Source: an uncultured Actinomycetota bacterium | GTDB taxonomy: Bacteria; Actinomycetota; Actinomycetes; JAHEKZ01 | Direction of reading: 5' to 3' | NCBI GenBank assembly: GCA_963718235.1 | Contig: CAVQYR010000001.1 | Location: forward strand, 1,952,001 to 2,016,000 | DNA: 64,000 nucleotides | Made by a program: the position numbers and the translations under genes | Notes under the pieces: generated by a model | What the model saw: only the letters and a program-made list of their open reading frames with translations | What the model was told of the DNA's origin: nothing | Databases searched by the model: none | Part shown: one piece after another, positions 33,202 through 44,506 of the stretch | Layout: each line of letters begins with the position of its first letter | How positions within the stretch are numbered: position 1 is the stretch's first letter

Positions 33202-34602
33202 ATGAGAACCTTGGACCAGCACGGTCTCAGCGTGCACAGCTCCGATGAGACGGCGACCGCTCACTACGACCGCGCCCTCGACCACTTGCTCCATTTTCGG
33301 CCTGCGGTCGGCGACGAGGTCTCCGCAGCGCTCGACGTCGACCCCGAGATGCCCATGGCGCACGTGTTCAGCGCCTACCTGGGCCTGCTCGGCACCGAGC
33401 CGGCCGACGCCGCGGCCGCCCGCGAAGTCTTCGTGACCTGGCGATCCGAGATCGACGAGACGATGCTGAACGAACGCGAGCAGCGGCACGTACAGGCAGC
33501 CCAGGCGTGGCTGGACGGGGATCTTCGCGGCGCTGGGAGGCTGCTCGGAGTGCTGAGCGTGGCCTTCCCGCGAGACGCACTCGCACTCGCCGTGGGACAC
33601 CAGATCGACTTCTTCACCGGCGACGCCGTCACGCTGCGTGACCGCGTGGGCGGGGCGCTCACGGCGTGGAACGACGACGACCGGCACCGCTCCCAGCTGC
33701 TGGGCATGTACGCGTTCGGGCTGGAGGAGGCTGGCCACTACGACCGTTCGGAAGATGTGGGGCTGGCGGCCGTCAGCCAGGACCCGACCGACGTGTGGGG
33801 CATCCATGCGGTCGTCCACACCTACGAGATGCAGGGCCGGTTCGACCGTGGGATCTCCTACCTCGACTCCAGGACCGAGGACTGGGGCAGCGGCAACTTC
33901 CTCAACGTGCACAACTGGTGGCACCGCTGTCTGTACGGGCTGGAGTCCGGAGACCATGATCGCGTCCTGAGCATCTACGACGCGGTGATCCACAACGACG
34001 AGTCGGCGGGCCTCGCGATGGAGATGCTCGACGCAGCCGCCCTGCTGTGGCGGCTCTACCTGGAGGGCGACGACCAGACCGATCGGTGGCGGATGTTGGC
34101 CCCGGTATGGGAACCAACCATGCGTCAGCCCTACTACGCCTTCAACGACATGCACGCTGTCATGTCCTACGTGGGGTCAGGCAACTTCGCGGCTGGCGAG
34201 GCGTTGGTTCGGGAGCGGCGCGACTGGTTGACCACTGCGTCCCCCGACGTCACGAACGTCACCATGACCCGTGACATCGGGCTACCAGCCTGCCAAGCCG
34301 TACTGGACTTCGGGGTCGGACGGTACGACGCGGTCGTCGACGCGCTCATGCCCCTGCGGTATCGCTTCAACGAGTTCGGTGGTAGCCACGCCCAACGAGA
34401 TGCCCTGCAGCGGACTCTCGTCGAGGCGGCGCTCAGGAGCGGGAGCACCGCGACCGCCCGTGAGCTGTTGAGCGAGCGGATCAGCCTCAAGCCGTGCAGC
34501 CCCTACAACTGGCTGAAGCAGGCAGCTCTCGCCGAGCAGCTGGGCCAGGCCGCCCAGGCCGCCGCGGCCCGCGCCGAGGCGGACCGGCTGGCCACCGCAT
34601 GA
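33202..34602 (+). CDS. TTC38-like tetratricopeptide repeat protein
   Basis: [57 protein letters not shown] motifs of the TTC38 family. Confidence 0.8.
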   Translation: MRTLDQHGLSVHSSDETATAHYDRALDHLLHFRPAVGDEVSAALDVDPEMPMAHVFSAYLGLLGTEPADAAAAREVFVTWRSEIDETMLNEREQRHVQAAQAWLDGDLRGAGRLLGVLSVAFPRDALALAVGHQIDFFTGDAVTLRDRVGGALTAWNDDDRHRSQLLGMYAFGLEEAGHYDRSEDVGLAAVSQDPTDVWGIHAVVHTYEMQGRFDRGISYLDSRTEDWGSGNFLNVHNWWHRCLYGLESGDHDRVLSIYDAVIHNDESAGLAMEMLDAAALLWRLYLEGDDQTDRWRMLAPVWEPTMRQPYYAFNDMHAVMSYVGSGNFAAGEALVRERRDWLTTASPDVTNVTMTRDIGLPACQAVLDFGVGRYDAVVDALMPLRYRFNEFGGSHAQRDALQRTLVEAALRSGSTATARELLSERISLKPCSPYNWLKQAALAEQLGQAAQAAAARAEADRLATA

Positions 34603-34688
34603 GGTCGCTCAGCCGCCGAACCGAGGCACGCTTCGGGGTGACGACCCGGCAGTCCGGTCCAGCCCGCTCCCCGGAGGAGGCTGACTGC

Positions 34689-36293
34689 TCAGTCGTGCCG
34701 GCCGCCCGCCAACTGCTCGACGAGCCCTAGCGCCTCATCGCGGTCCAGCCCTCGGGCGACGAGCCGAGCCGGGTCGTCGGGGTCACGTAGGAACACGTGC
34801 AACGTGGCGTCCTGCTCTGCGAGCACGACGTCGGTGTTCTCGCGGCTCCCGTCGTCCCGCCAGGTGGTCGCCGTCACGAGCGCCGTGGAACCACTGGCCG
34901 CGAGGACCTGGTCGGCATCGGCGTCCGAGGGTCCTCGGTCTCCCTCGGGAAGCCGTTCCTCGAGCCGGTCGAGTGCATCGTTGGTCAGTCGCAGCCAGTA
35001 GAAGTGGATCCCCAGCGCGTCGATCATGACCTCGAGGGTCACGCCCTCTGGCTGGGGCAGCAACATGATGCGCCACGGCTCGTCCGGGGCGGTTCCGGTG
35101 AGCCGGGTGTCGAGCCCGATCCTCGAGCGCTCCTGGAAGGCGATGGCGATGCCAAGGTCACCGCGCACCTCGACGTCCTCCCGTCCCGGCGCCGTGGTGA
35201 TCAGGTTGCGCGCGGCCAGCGAACGGACGGCTTCGGCAACCACCTCCGGAGCCGGCTCACGCTCGAGGAAGTCGATGATGCCGTTGACAGCCGCGATCTC
35301 GGCCAGCGTGTATGCCCCCAGGGGCACTGGCCCCGTAGCGACGAGCTCGACGACAGCGTCGATGAGACCGGATGGAACGCCGTCTCGGGTCGGCTCGTCG
35401 CTCATGACGGGGTAGCTCCGTTCTTCGGGGACGGTTGCGGCGGACGGCAAGGCCCAACTCGGTGTCGGCTGCTCCTCGACCAGGAGGTCGCGCGCCTGAG
35501 CTGAGGCGGCGTGGGTGATCCACACGTCAGAGCCGCCGAACAGGCCGGACCCGCGCTGATCGCCACCAACGAACACCAGCTCAGCGAGCGAGCTCGCTCG
35601 ATCGGGAGGAGGGAAGCGTCGGGCCAGGTCGGACGACGCAGAGGTGGTGTCGTCGTCGTCCTCGATCCGATCGAGCGTGGCGGTCAGCTCGTCGCTCGCC
35701 GCCCCTGGAAGTGGCACCCGCGCGCTGAGATCAGGGGACAGGTACATGGGGCGCCGTTCCGTGGCACCGGAGAGACCCCACGGCCCGACGTTGCGCTTGG
35801 TGATGCGGTACACGACGTAGTCGAAGAGGTGCTGGACGTCGTGCCAGTTGGGGAGGTGGAAGCCGTCACCCATCGTCGCCGGAGTCTTCTCGAACTGCAC
35901 CCAGGTGCCCTTCTCGGTGCGCCCGTGGAGCTTCTCGCGGACCAGCGGCCCCCTCAGGCCCAGGTCGGGGTACTTCGACTTGTCGACGTGCTTGTGGTGG
36001 CTGGAGAGGCGTTGGCGGCTCTTGGGAAAGTTCCACGCCTGATACAGCTCGGGGTCGTCGACCAGCACGTGCGCGCCACACAGGACCTCACGCATGCGAA
36101 CGACGTCGAGGCCGTGGCTCTCGAGGTCGGCCATGATGGCGGCCTCAGCAGGTGTCAGGTGCTTCGCCGCACTCAGCAGTCCCTTGCGGAACCCGCCTTT
36201 GCGCGCGGTGATCTCGACGAGGAGCTGCACCCTTCGCCGGACCCGCACCGTCTCGCGCCGGGACGCTGAGGTCTGCCGCTCGGATCTGAGCAC
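34689..36293 (-). CDS. Uncharacterised two-domain protein (possibly two genes; internal ATG at 35405)
   Basis: 534-aa ORF with protein-like composition; TATCGT -10 six nt before the GTG; internal GGAG-preceded ATG starts MSDEPTRDG. Confidence 0.7.
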   Translation of the reverse strand: MLRSERQTSASRRETVRVRRRVQLLVEITARKGGFRKGLLSAAKHLTPAEAAIMADLESHGLDVVRMREVLCGAHVLVDDPELYQAWNFPKSRQRLSSHHKHVDKSKYPDLGLRGPLVREKLHGRTEKGTWVQFEKTPATMGDGFHLPNWHDVQHLFDYVVYRITKRNVGPWGLSGATERRPMYLSPDLSARVPLPGAASDELTATLDRIEDDDDTTSASSDLARRFPPPDRASSLAELVFVGGDQRGSGLFGGSDVWITHAASAQARDLLVEEQPTPSWALPSAATVPEERSYPVMSDEPTRDGVPSGLIDAVVELVATGPVPLGAYTLAEIAAVNGIIDFLEREPAPEVVAEAVRSLAARNLITTAPGREDVEVRGDLGIAIAFQERSRIGLDTRLTGTAPDEPWRIMLLPQPEGVTLEVMIDALGIHFYWLRLTNDALDRLEERLPEGDRGPSDADADQVLAASGSTALVTATTWRDDGSRENTDVVLAEQDATLHVFLRDPDDPARLVARGLDRDEALGLVEQLAGGRHD

Positions 36294-36332
36294 AGGACGA
36301 CGATAGTGCGTCCGGTCCCCGCGGAGGCGCGG

Positions 36333-36404
36333 TGGGCGATACTGGGTTCGAACCAGTGACCTCTTCGGTGTGAACGAAGCGCTCTACCACTGAGCCAATC
36401 GCCC
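36333..36404 (-). tRNA. tRNA-Val (CAC)
   Basis: GGGCGAT..TGGCTCAGTGGTAGAGCG, anticodon arm CTTCG-TTCACAC-CGAAG, GGTTCGAA T-loop, ATCGCCCA. Confidence 0.97.
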
Positions 36405-36436
36405 GCGACGTCGATGCGGCAGCCTATCCCACCCGC

Positions 36437-36892
36437 TCACCGGAGGCTGAGCCAGCCGGTCATTCCCCGCAGTGTCCAGCCGTACGACTCGACGTACCAG
36501 GCCACCAGACTGGCGACCACCAGCGCCACGATGACGAGCAGGGCAATCGTACGCCGACGGTTCTCGGGGCTGAAGGCGTTAGCCGTGGCACTGGTCGCCT
36601 TGTCGCGCGTCGCTGTGAGCAACCGATGAGCCCAGGCGTACTCGGTCGCGAGGACGGCCAGGCCAAGGAAGATGATCGCCCAGCCGGGCCCGGGCAGCGG
36701 AAGCAGGACGATCCCTGCGATGACGATGCCCGCCCCCAGCGCCGTCGCGACCGAGCGCCAGACCAGCTGTCGGTAGCGACTGTCCCCCGCCACCCGTCGG
36801 CGCCATCGGTACAACCAGTCAGGCCCCGGGGCGTCGGGTGAACCACGCCGGTGGGCCGGTGCCTCCGAAGACTCCGGATCCTGGGTAGTCAC
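36437..36892 (-). CDS. TIGR02611 / PGPGW family membrane protein
   Basis: LLPLPGPGWAIIFLGLAVLATEY.WA; next to tRNA-Val as in other actinobacteria. Confidence 0.9.
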   Translation of the reverse strand: MTTQDPESSEAPAHRRGSPDAPGPDWLYRWRRRVAGDSRYRQLVWRSVATALGAGIVIAGIVLLPLPGPGWAIIFLGLAVLATEYAWAHRLLTATRDKATSATANAFSPENRRRTIALLVIVALVVASLVAWYVESYGWTLRGMTGWLSLR

Positions 36893-36912
36893 CCGGCCAG
36901 CCTAGAACGCCG

Positions 36913-38127
36913 TCAACCCAGTGGCCTTCCCTGCGAAGCCACGACCGCACCGGAGAAGATGGTGTGCTCCACGGCTGGAGCACCGAGGTGGGCGACCACG
37001 TCGGACTCGTGGTCGGTGGCGAGGACGACTAGATCGCCGCGCGCGCCGGCCACCACCGAACCCACGTCGTCTCGGCGCAGCGCGGCAGCCCCGCCACGAG
37101 TCGCGGCGCGCAGCGCGGCCTGGACCGGTAGCCCGTAGACCAGGCAGGCCAGCTGGACCGCGTACGGCATGGACTCACACCAGGAGGTGCCAGGGTTGCA
37201 GTCAGTAGCGATCGCCAGCTCGACCCCCGCCTCACGCAGGACCCCCACCTGCCCGAAGGCGAACGTGCGAAGGGAAAGCGTGACTGTCGGCAGCAGCACA
37301 CCCACGACTCCTGCTGCAGCCATTGCGGCCGCATCGGAGGCGCTGACGTGCTCGAGGTGGTCAGCACTCGCACAGCCCATCTCCGCGGCGAGCCCCGCGG
37401 CGCCTGTGTGCGCGATCTCCTCGGCGTGCAGCCGCAGCCCGAGTCCGTGGTCGCGACCCGCGGACAGGATGCGACGGGCCTGCTCGACGGTGAAGACACC
37501 CTCGTCGCAGAACACGTCGACCCAGCGGGCACCGTGCCCGACGGCCGAGGGGATCGTGGCGATGACCTCCGCGACGTAGTTCTCGGGCTCCCGGTCATCG
37601 GGCACGACATGGGCCCCGAGGTAGGTGGGCTCGATGCGCAGCGGCACCCGAGCCGCGAGGGAGGCGATCACGTCGAGATGCCGTAGCTCCTCGGCCGCAG
37701 TCAAGCCATAGCCGGTCTTGACCTCCATCGTCGTCGTGCCCGTGCCCACCGCTGCCCAGGCCCGCTGCTCGGCCAGCATGAGCAGCTCGGCGTCCGGTGC
37801 CGCTCGGGTTGCCGCCACCGTGGTGCGGATCCCACCACCGTCGTAGGTCTCCCCCGCAAGCCGCGCGGCGAACTCCTCTCGTCGGGTCCCGGCCCAGACG
37901 AGGTGGGTGTGGGCATCGACGAACCCGGGAACGATCGCTGCGCCACCCACAGCGAGCTCGGGAAGCACCGGCAGCCCCGCTGGGAGCCGGGAGTCCGGAC
38001 CGCACCAGTCGACCCGTCCGCCACGAATCACGATCGCAGCCTGCTCGACCACGTCGTCGTCCCCCGGCTCACCGACCGGGGACGTCATCGTCAGCAGCCG
38101 GCCGATGTCGCGCACAAGAAGATCCAC
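36913..38127 (-). CDS. hutI: Imidazolonepropionase
   Basis: PGFVDAHTHLVW, GGGIRTTV, EVKTGYGL, LGAH, DVFCD.GVF, LHAEE, SADHLE, ATDCNPG. Confidence 0.94.
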   Translation of the reverse strand: MDLLVRDIGRLLTMTSPVGEPGDDDVVEQAAIVIRGGRVDWCGPDSRLPAGLPVLPELAVGGAAIVPGFVDAHTHLVWAGTRREEFAARLAGETYDGGGIRTTVAATRAAPDAELLMLAEQRAWAAVGTGTTTMEVKTGYGLTAAEELRHLDVIASLAARVPLRIEPTYLGAHVVPDDREPENYVAEVIATIPSAVGHGARWVDVFCDEGVFTVEQARRILSAGRDHGLGLRLHAEEIAHTGAAGLAAEMGCASADHLEHVSASDAAAMAAAGVVGVLLPTVTLSLRTFAFGQVGVLREAGVELAIATDCNPGTSWCESMPYAVQLACLVYGLPVQAALRAATRGGAAALRRDDVGSVVAGARGDLVVLATDHESDVVAHLGAPAVEHTIFSGAVVASQGRPLG

Positions 38128-38158
38128 GCCCTGATGCTCCCACTCCTAGGCTGGTCCC

Positions 38159-39238
38159 ATGCCGATCGACGCCGTCAACATCCGTCAGCTGGAGCAACCC
38201 GCCAGCGAGCTGCTGTCCGAGTCGATCTGGAACTACGTGGCCGGTGGGGCCGGCGACGAGCACACCCTGGCCTGGAACGAGCGGGCCTGGCAGGAGCTCC
38301 GGCTCGCGCCGCGCGTGCTCGTAGACGTGTCAGCCCTCGACACCGGCACCGTGCTGTTGGGCCACCGGCTGGCACACCCGATCGTGGTCGCGCCGACCGC
38401 CGCGCAGCGCAACTACCACCCTGAGGGGGAGCAGGCGACGCGACTCGGCGTCGACGCCACTGGTGGGCTCGCCGTCATGAGCACCTTGGGCTCCACGCCG
38501 GTCGAGGACGTCGGATCTGCGGCAGCTGGGCCGTGGTGGTTCCAGCTGTACGTGCAGTCCGACCGCGCCTACACCTCGGCCCTGGTCGAACGCGTCGTGT
38601 CGTCCGGTGCGAGCGCCCTCGTCCTCACCGTGGACACTCCCCTGCTCGGCGCCCGCGACCGGGACCGACGTCTGGGCGGGCACACCGTCGACGGGCTGGC
38701 CCCAGCGATCCTCGTCGACGCACCGCCGTCCTACGAACCACCGGTCGACCCCAGTCCGGTGGAGCGGGTCTACAACCGCCACCTCGACCCCAGCCTCACG
38801 TGGGACACCCTGGACTGGCTCGTCGACGTCTCACCCGTCCCTGTCCTGGCCAAGGGCGTTCTTCGGGCAGACGACGCCCGGCGCTGCGTCGACCACGGCG
38901 TGGCAGGCGTCGTCGTCAGCAATCACGGTGCGCGCAACTTGGACACCGCCCAGGCCACCGCGGAAGCGCTCCCGGTAGTCGTGCGTGCGGTCGACGGTCA
39001 GGCACCTGTGCTGGTCGACGGCGGGATCCGGCGTGGCACCGACATCGCCAAGGCCCTGTGCCTCGGGGCCAACGCGGTGCTCGTGGGCCGCCCGGCCGTC
39101 TGGGGGCTCACCCTCGACGGGGCCGACGGGGTGCAGTGGGTGCTGGAGACCTTGTGGAGCGAGCTCGCCATGGCCATGGGCCTGCTGGGCGCCCCTACCC
39201 TCGCCGACCTGACGCCTGACCTGATCTGGGGCCGCTGA
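38159..39238 (+). CDS. FMN-dependent alpha-hydroxy-acid oxidase
   Basis: YVAGGAGDE, PRVL.DVS, WFQLY, LTVDTP, SNHGARNLD, DGGIRRGTD, VGRP. Confidence 0.93.
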   Translation: MPIDAVNIRQLEQPASELLSESIWNYVAGGAGDEHTLAWNERAWQELRLAPRVLVDVSALDTGTVLLGHRLAHPIVVAPTAAQRNYHPEGEQATRLGVDATGGLAVMSTLGSTPVEDVGSAAAGPWWFQLYVQSDRAYTSALVERVVSSGASALVLTVDTPLLGARDRDRRLGGHTVDGLAPAILVDAPPSYEPPVDPSPVERVYNRHLDPSLTWDTLDWLVDVSPVPVLAKGVLRADDARRCVDHGVAGVVVSNHGARNLDTAQATAEALPVVVRAVDGQAPVLVDGGIRRGTDIAKALCLGANAVLVGRPAVWGLTLDGADGVQWVLETLWSELAMAMGLLGAPTLADLTPDLIWGR

Positions 39239-39250
39239 ACAGGCAGGCGG

Positions 39251-40939
<1,689 letters not shown>

Positions 40940-41021
40940 CACTGCCTCCTGGTGTGCTCGACCACCTCAGCGTCCACCGAACCCTAGCCCGCGCGAAGGC
41001 GTGCGGTCCGCAGACCTCCGG

Positions 41022-41840
41022 TCACGGATCCGGGGTTGCGGCGCTGCGCTCGGCGAACACGCGGGCCGCGTCCCGGGTCACCGGGCCAGGAGCGGTCTCG
41101 AGCACCCGGCCGTCGATGACCCCGATCGACTGCACATCGCGGGTGGACGAGGTCAGGAACGCCTCCTCGACCTCGGCCAGGACGGTCAGGGGGAGGTCGA
41201 CCTCCGCGGCATCGGTCCACTCGAGGAGCAGGTCCCGGGAGACCCCGGCGAGGCAGCCGCTGGACAAAGGAGGGGTCATCAGTCTCCCGTCCACAACAAC
41301 GAAGATGTTCGAGCCGGTCCCCTCACACAGGCGCCCGGCGGTGTTGGCGAAGATCGCCTCACTGGACCCCGCGGCGTGCGCGTGCGCCAGGGCGACCACG
41401 TTCTCGGCGTACGAGGTCGTCTTGAGCCCAGCCACTGCGGACCGCTCGTTGCGCGGCCACGGCACCGTGCTCACCGAGGTCGTCGTCTCCCACCGGCCCT
41501 CCGGGGCCGCCGCCAGGACCAGCGTCGGTCCCGAGTCACCTCGGTCGGAACCGAGCGGCGAGACACCCCCCGTGTAGGTGATGCGCAGGCGGCCCGCCTC
41601 CGGCTCCGCCTCCAGCAGCGATGCGATGGCCGCACGCACGCGTTGGTGGTCGGGCGCGGGCAGGCCCAGACCCGCCGCGGAGCGGTCCAGACGCTGCAGG
41701 TGCCGGGTCAGGGCGAAGGGAATCCCGGCAACCACCTTGCAGGTCTCGAACACACCGTCGCCGACGGTGAACCCGTGGTCGAAGGGCGAGATCCGCGCCT
41801 GCGCGGCCTCGACAAGCTGTCCATCGACCCAGACCCTCAT
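41022..41840 (-). CDS. Class IV PLP enzyme (4-amino-4-deoxychorismate lyase / aminotransferase)
   Basis: DHGFTVGDGVFET, HLQRL, KTTSYAEN, EGTGSNIF, LAGVSR, EAFLTSS; ATGA overlap with chorismate-binding gene. Confidence 0.88.
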   Translation of the reverse strand: MRVWVDGQLVEAAQARISPFDHGFTVGDGVFETCKVVAGIPFALTRHLQRLDRSAAGLGLPAPDHQRVRAAIASLLEAEPEAGRLRITYTGGVSPLGSDRGDSGPTLVLAAAPEGRWETTTSVSTVPWPRNERSAVAGLKTTSYAENVVALAHAHAAGSSEAIFANTAGRLCEGTGSNIFVVVDGRLMTPPLSSGCLAGVSRDLLLEWTDAAEVDLPLTVLAEVEEAFLTSSTRDVQSIGVIDGRVLETAPGPVTRDAARVFAERSAATPDP

Positions 41841-42898
41841 GAGCCCTCCTCCGAGATGGTCGCCGCGACCCGCAGCAACCGGTCAGCCTTCAGTACGGTC
41901 TCCTGCCACTCCAGCCCGGGGTCCGACCCCCACGTGATCCCTGCCCCCGTACCGAAGCACACCCGTGGCGGCTCGCTGGTCACATCGAGGAAGAAGCTGC
42001 GAATCCCCACCGCGAGCTCGGCCCGTCGCCGGTCCGCGTCGACCCAGCCGACCGCCCCGCAGTAGGGGCCACGGGGCACCGGCTCCAGCTCGACGATCGT
42101 GCGCAGGGCCGAGGACTTGGGTGCGCCTGACACCGACCCTGGCGGGAAGGCAGCCTCGAGGAGCTGCGACCACCCGACGTCGGGGCGCAGCTCGCCGCTG
42201 ACGGTGGAAACGAGGTGCACCAGTCCCGGGTGCGGCTCCACCGCCAGCAGGGCATCGACCCGGACGTCGCCGGTGGCGCAGACCCGGCCGAGGTCGTTGC
42301 GTACGAGGTCGACGATCATGATGTTCTCGGCGACGTCCTTGGCCAACATCTCCTCTGCCACGCGCGCAGTCCCCTTGATCGGGGACGACGTGACGGTCGC
42401 ACCGTCGCGGCGCAAGAACAGCTCCGGTGACGCGCAGGCAACGTGGACGTGGGCGCTCGGCAGGGCGATCACGCCCTCGAACGGTGCTGGATGGCTCGCG
42501 GCCAGCACCCGGCCGAGTCCGAGCAGGTGGGTCACGCCCTCAGGGGCGGGGGCGCTCAGCATGCGACACAGGTTGACCTGGTAGACGTCACCAAGGGCGA
42601 TCCGGTCCCGAACCTCCTGGACGCCGACGAGGTACTCCGTCTGGCTCATCGACGACGTCCACCCGCTCGCCGGTATCCCGGGCCAGGGCACTTCGGGCAC
42701 TCGGACACGGTCGTCTCCGTAGTGGCGGACGTCGTCGAAACGGGCGAACGTGGCCGCCCCCTCGAAGTCGACGACCACAGCCCACCAGCCCGTCCCGTCG
42801 AGGACACGTGGGTCGCTGCTGACCTCGACCAGGTCACGCGCGGTGACTCCACGAAAGCAGGCGATCGCCTCCTGGGTGGTGACCAGGCGTCGCGTCAC
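41837..42898 (-). CDS. Chorismate-binding protein (aminodeoxychorismate synthase component I-like)
   Basis: GDVYQVNL, ASPELF, SPIKGT, KDVAENIMIVDLVRNDL, FPPGSVSGAPK, RGPYCG, GAGITWGS; GTG 42898 overlaps hutH stop. Confidence 0.9.
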   Translation of the reverse strand: MTRRLVTTQEAIACFRGVTARDLVEVSSDPRVLDGTGWWAVVVDFEGAATFARFDDVRHYGDDRVRVPEVPWPGIPASGWTSSMSQTEYLVGVQEVRDRIALGDVYQVNLCRMLSAPAPEGVTHLLGLGRVLAASHPAPFEGVIALPSAHVHVACASPELFLRRDGATVTSSPIKGTARVAEEMLAKDVAENIMIVDLVRNDLGRVCATGDVRVDALLAVEPHPGLVHLVSTVSGELRPDVGWSQLLEAAFPPGSVSGAPKSSALRTIVELEPVPRGPYCGAVGWVDADRRRAELAVGIRSFFLDVTSEPPRVCFGTGAGITWGSDPGLEWQETVLKADRLLRVAATISEEGS

Positions 42899-44454
42899 GC
42901 CAGTGGTCCGGCCACCTGCTCGGCCGCCGAGACCATCTGAGGCAGCAGGGCGTTGGCAGCCACGAGCTGAGGGGCCACGATCCGGTCGACGTCCATGCGA
43001 GGCACCTCGCTCCGTAGGACCTCTGCGGCGGCACTCACCGCGGCGCTGGGGCTGGCGATGTCCCCCCGCAGGTCGAGGGCCTGCGCCGCGCAGACGAGCT
43101 CGACGGAGAGAACAGCGCGCACGTTGTGCACCACAGAACGAAGCTTGCGCATCGAGGTCCATCCCATCGACACGTGGTCCTCCTGGTTGCCCGAGGTGGG
43201 GATGGTGTCGACGCTGCTGGGATGAGCCAGCACCTTGTTCTCGCTCACGAGCGAGGCGGCTGTGTACTGAGCGAGCATGAAGCCGCTGTTGGTGCCGGCA
43301 GCGGGCGCCAAGAAGGGCGGGAGCCCGCGGGAGAAGGCGGGGTCGAGCATCCGGTCCGTGCGACGCTCGCTGATCGAGGCGATCTCGGAGACGGCCATGC
43401 ACAAGGCATCGGCGGCGAAGGCCAGCGGCTCTCCGTGGAAGTTGCCGGTCGACATCACCTCGAAGCCCGGCCCGTCGGCCCGCGGCACGATGACCGGGTT
43501 GTCGACGACCGACGCGAGCTCGATGGTGAGCACGCGCTCGGCGTGGGCCAGCACGTCGCGGACGGCGCCGTGCACCTGTGGCGCGCAGCGCAGAGCGTAG
43601 GAGTCCTGCACTGCGTGCTCGGTGTCGTGCCGGTGGCTGGCCAGCAAACCGGAGCCGGCGAGCAGGCGCCGCAGGTTGTCGGCGCTGGTCAGCTGGCCCG
43701 GATGCGGCCGGATGTCGATGACGCGCGGGTCGTAGGCCCGGTCGGTGCCGAGCAGAGCGTCCAGAGACATGGCGCAGGCCAGGTCCGCCCCCTGCACCAG
43801 GAGCCGGACGTCGTCGATGGCCAGCGTCAGCATCGCCTGCATCGGCTCGGTGCCGTTGATGAGGGACAGGCCCTCCTTGGGGGCCAGGACGAGCGGCTCG
43901 ATCCCGTGCTCGGCCAGGACGTCCGCGGCCGGCCTCCCGGCGTCCGGCGGTTCGCCGTCCACCCGGAGCAGTCCTTCGCCGACCAGCGGGAGCGCCAGGT
44001 GGGCCAGCTGGGCCAGGTCACCGGACGCCCCGACGCTGCCCTGGTCGGGAACGATGGGAAGCAGGCCGTGGCGGAGCAGCTCGAGGAGCTTGCCGGGCAG
44101 CTCGACCCGCACACCGGACAGCCCGACGGTGAGGGTGCGGGCGCGCAGCAGGAGCAGGGCCCGGACGACGTCGTCGGGGAGCGGGTCGCCGATCGCGGCG
44201 GCGTGGGAGCGCACCAGCGCCAGCTGCATGGCCTCCAGGTCGGCTGGCGCGATCCGGGTGTTGGCCAGTGCGCCGAAACCGGTGGTGATCCCGTACATCA
44301 CCCGGTTCTCGGCGACGGCCGAGGCCACCACGTCCCGGCTCCCCGCCATGCGCGCCGCCACGTCGGGACCGAGCTCGGCGTCCGCTCCGTGACGGGCGAC
44401 GTCGATCACGTCGGTCAGGTCGAGGGGGTCGCCGGTGACGGCTACGGTACGCAC
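42895..44454 (-). CDS. hutH: Histidine ammonia-lyase
   Basis: YGITTGFG, GSVGASGDL (MIO), KEGLSLING, QDSYALRC, GNFHG, NQEDHVSMG; start GTG 44454 eight nt after TAGCGT. Confidence 0.96.
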   Translation of the reverse strand: MRTVAVTGDPLDLTDVIDVARHGADAELGPDVAARMAGSRDVVASAVAENRVMYGITTGFGALANTRIAPADLEAMQLALVRSHAAAIGDPLPDDVVRALLLLRARTLTVGLSGVRVELPGKLLELLRHGLLPIVPDQGSVGASGDLAQLAHLALPLVGEGLLRVDGEPPDAGRPAADVLAEHGIEPLVLAPKEGLSLINGTEPMQAMLTLAIDDVRLLVQGADLACAMSLDALLGTDRAYDPRVIDIRPHPGQLTSADNLRRLLAGSGLLASHRHDTEHAVQDSYALRCAPQVHGAVRDVLAHAERVLTIELASVVDNPVIVPRADGPGFEVMSTGNFHGEPLAFAADALCMAVSEIASISERRTDRMLDPAFSRGLPPFLAPAAGTNSGFMLAQYTAASLVSENKVLAHPSSVDTIPTSGNQEDHVSMGWTSMRKLRSVVHNVRAVLSVELVCAAQALDLRGDIASPSAAVSAAAEVLRSEVPRMDVDRIVAPQLVAANALLPQMVSAAEQVAGPLA

Positions 44455-44506
44455 GGTCCCCCACGCTAGTCGCCGCCCCGGCTCCGGAGTAGAGGCGGCT
44501 CCACCC

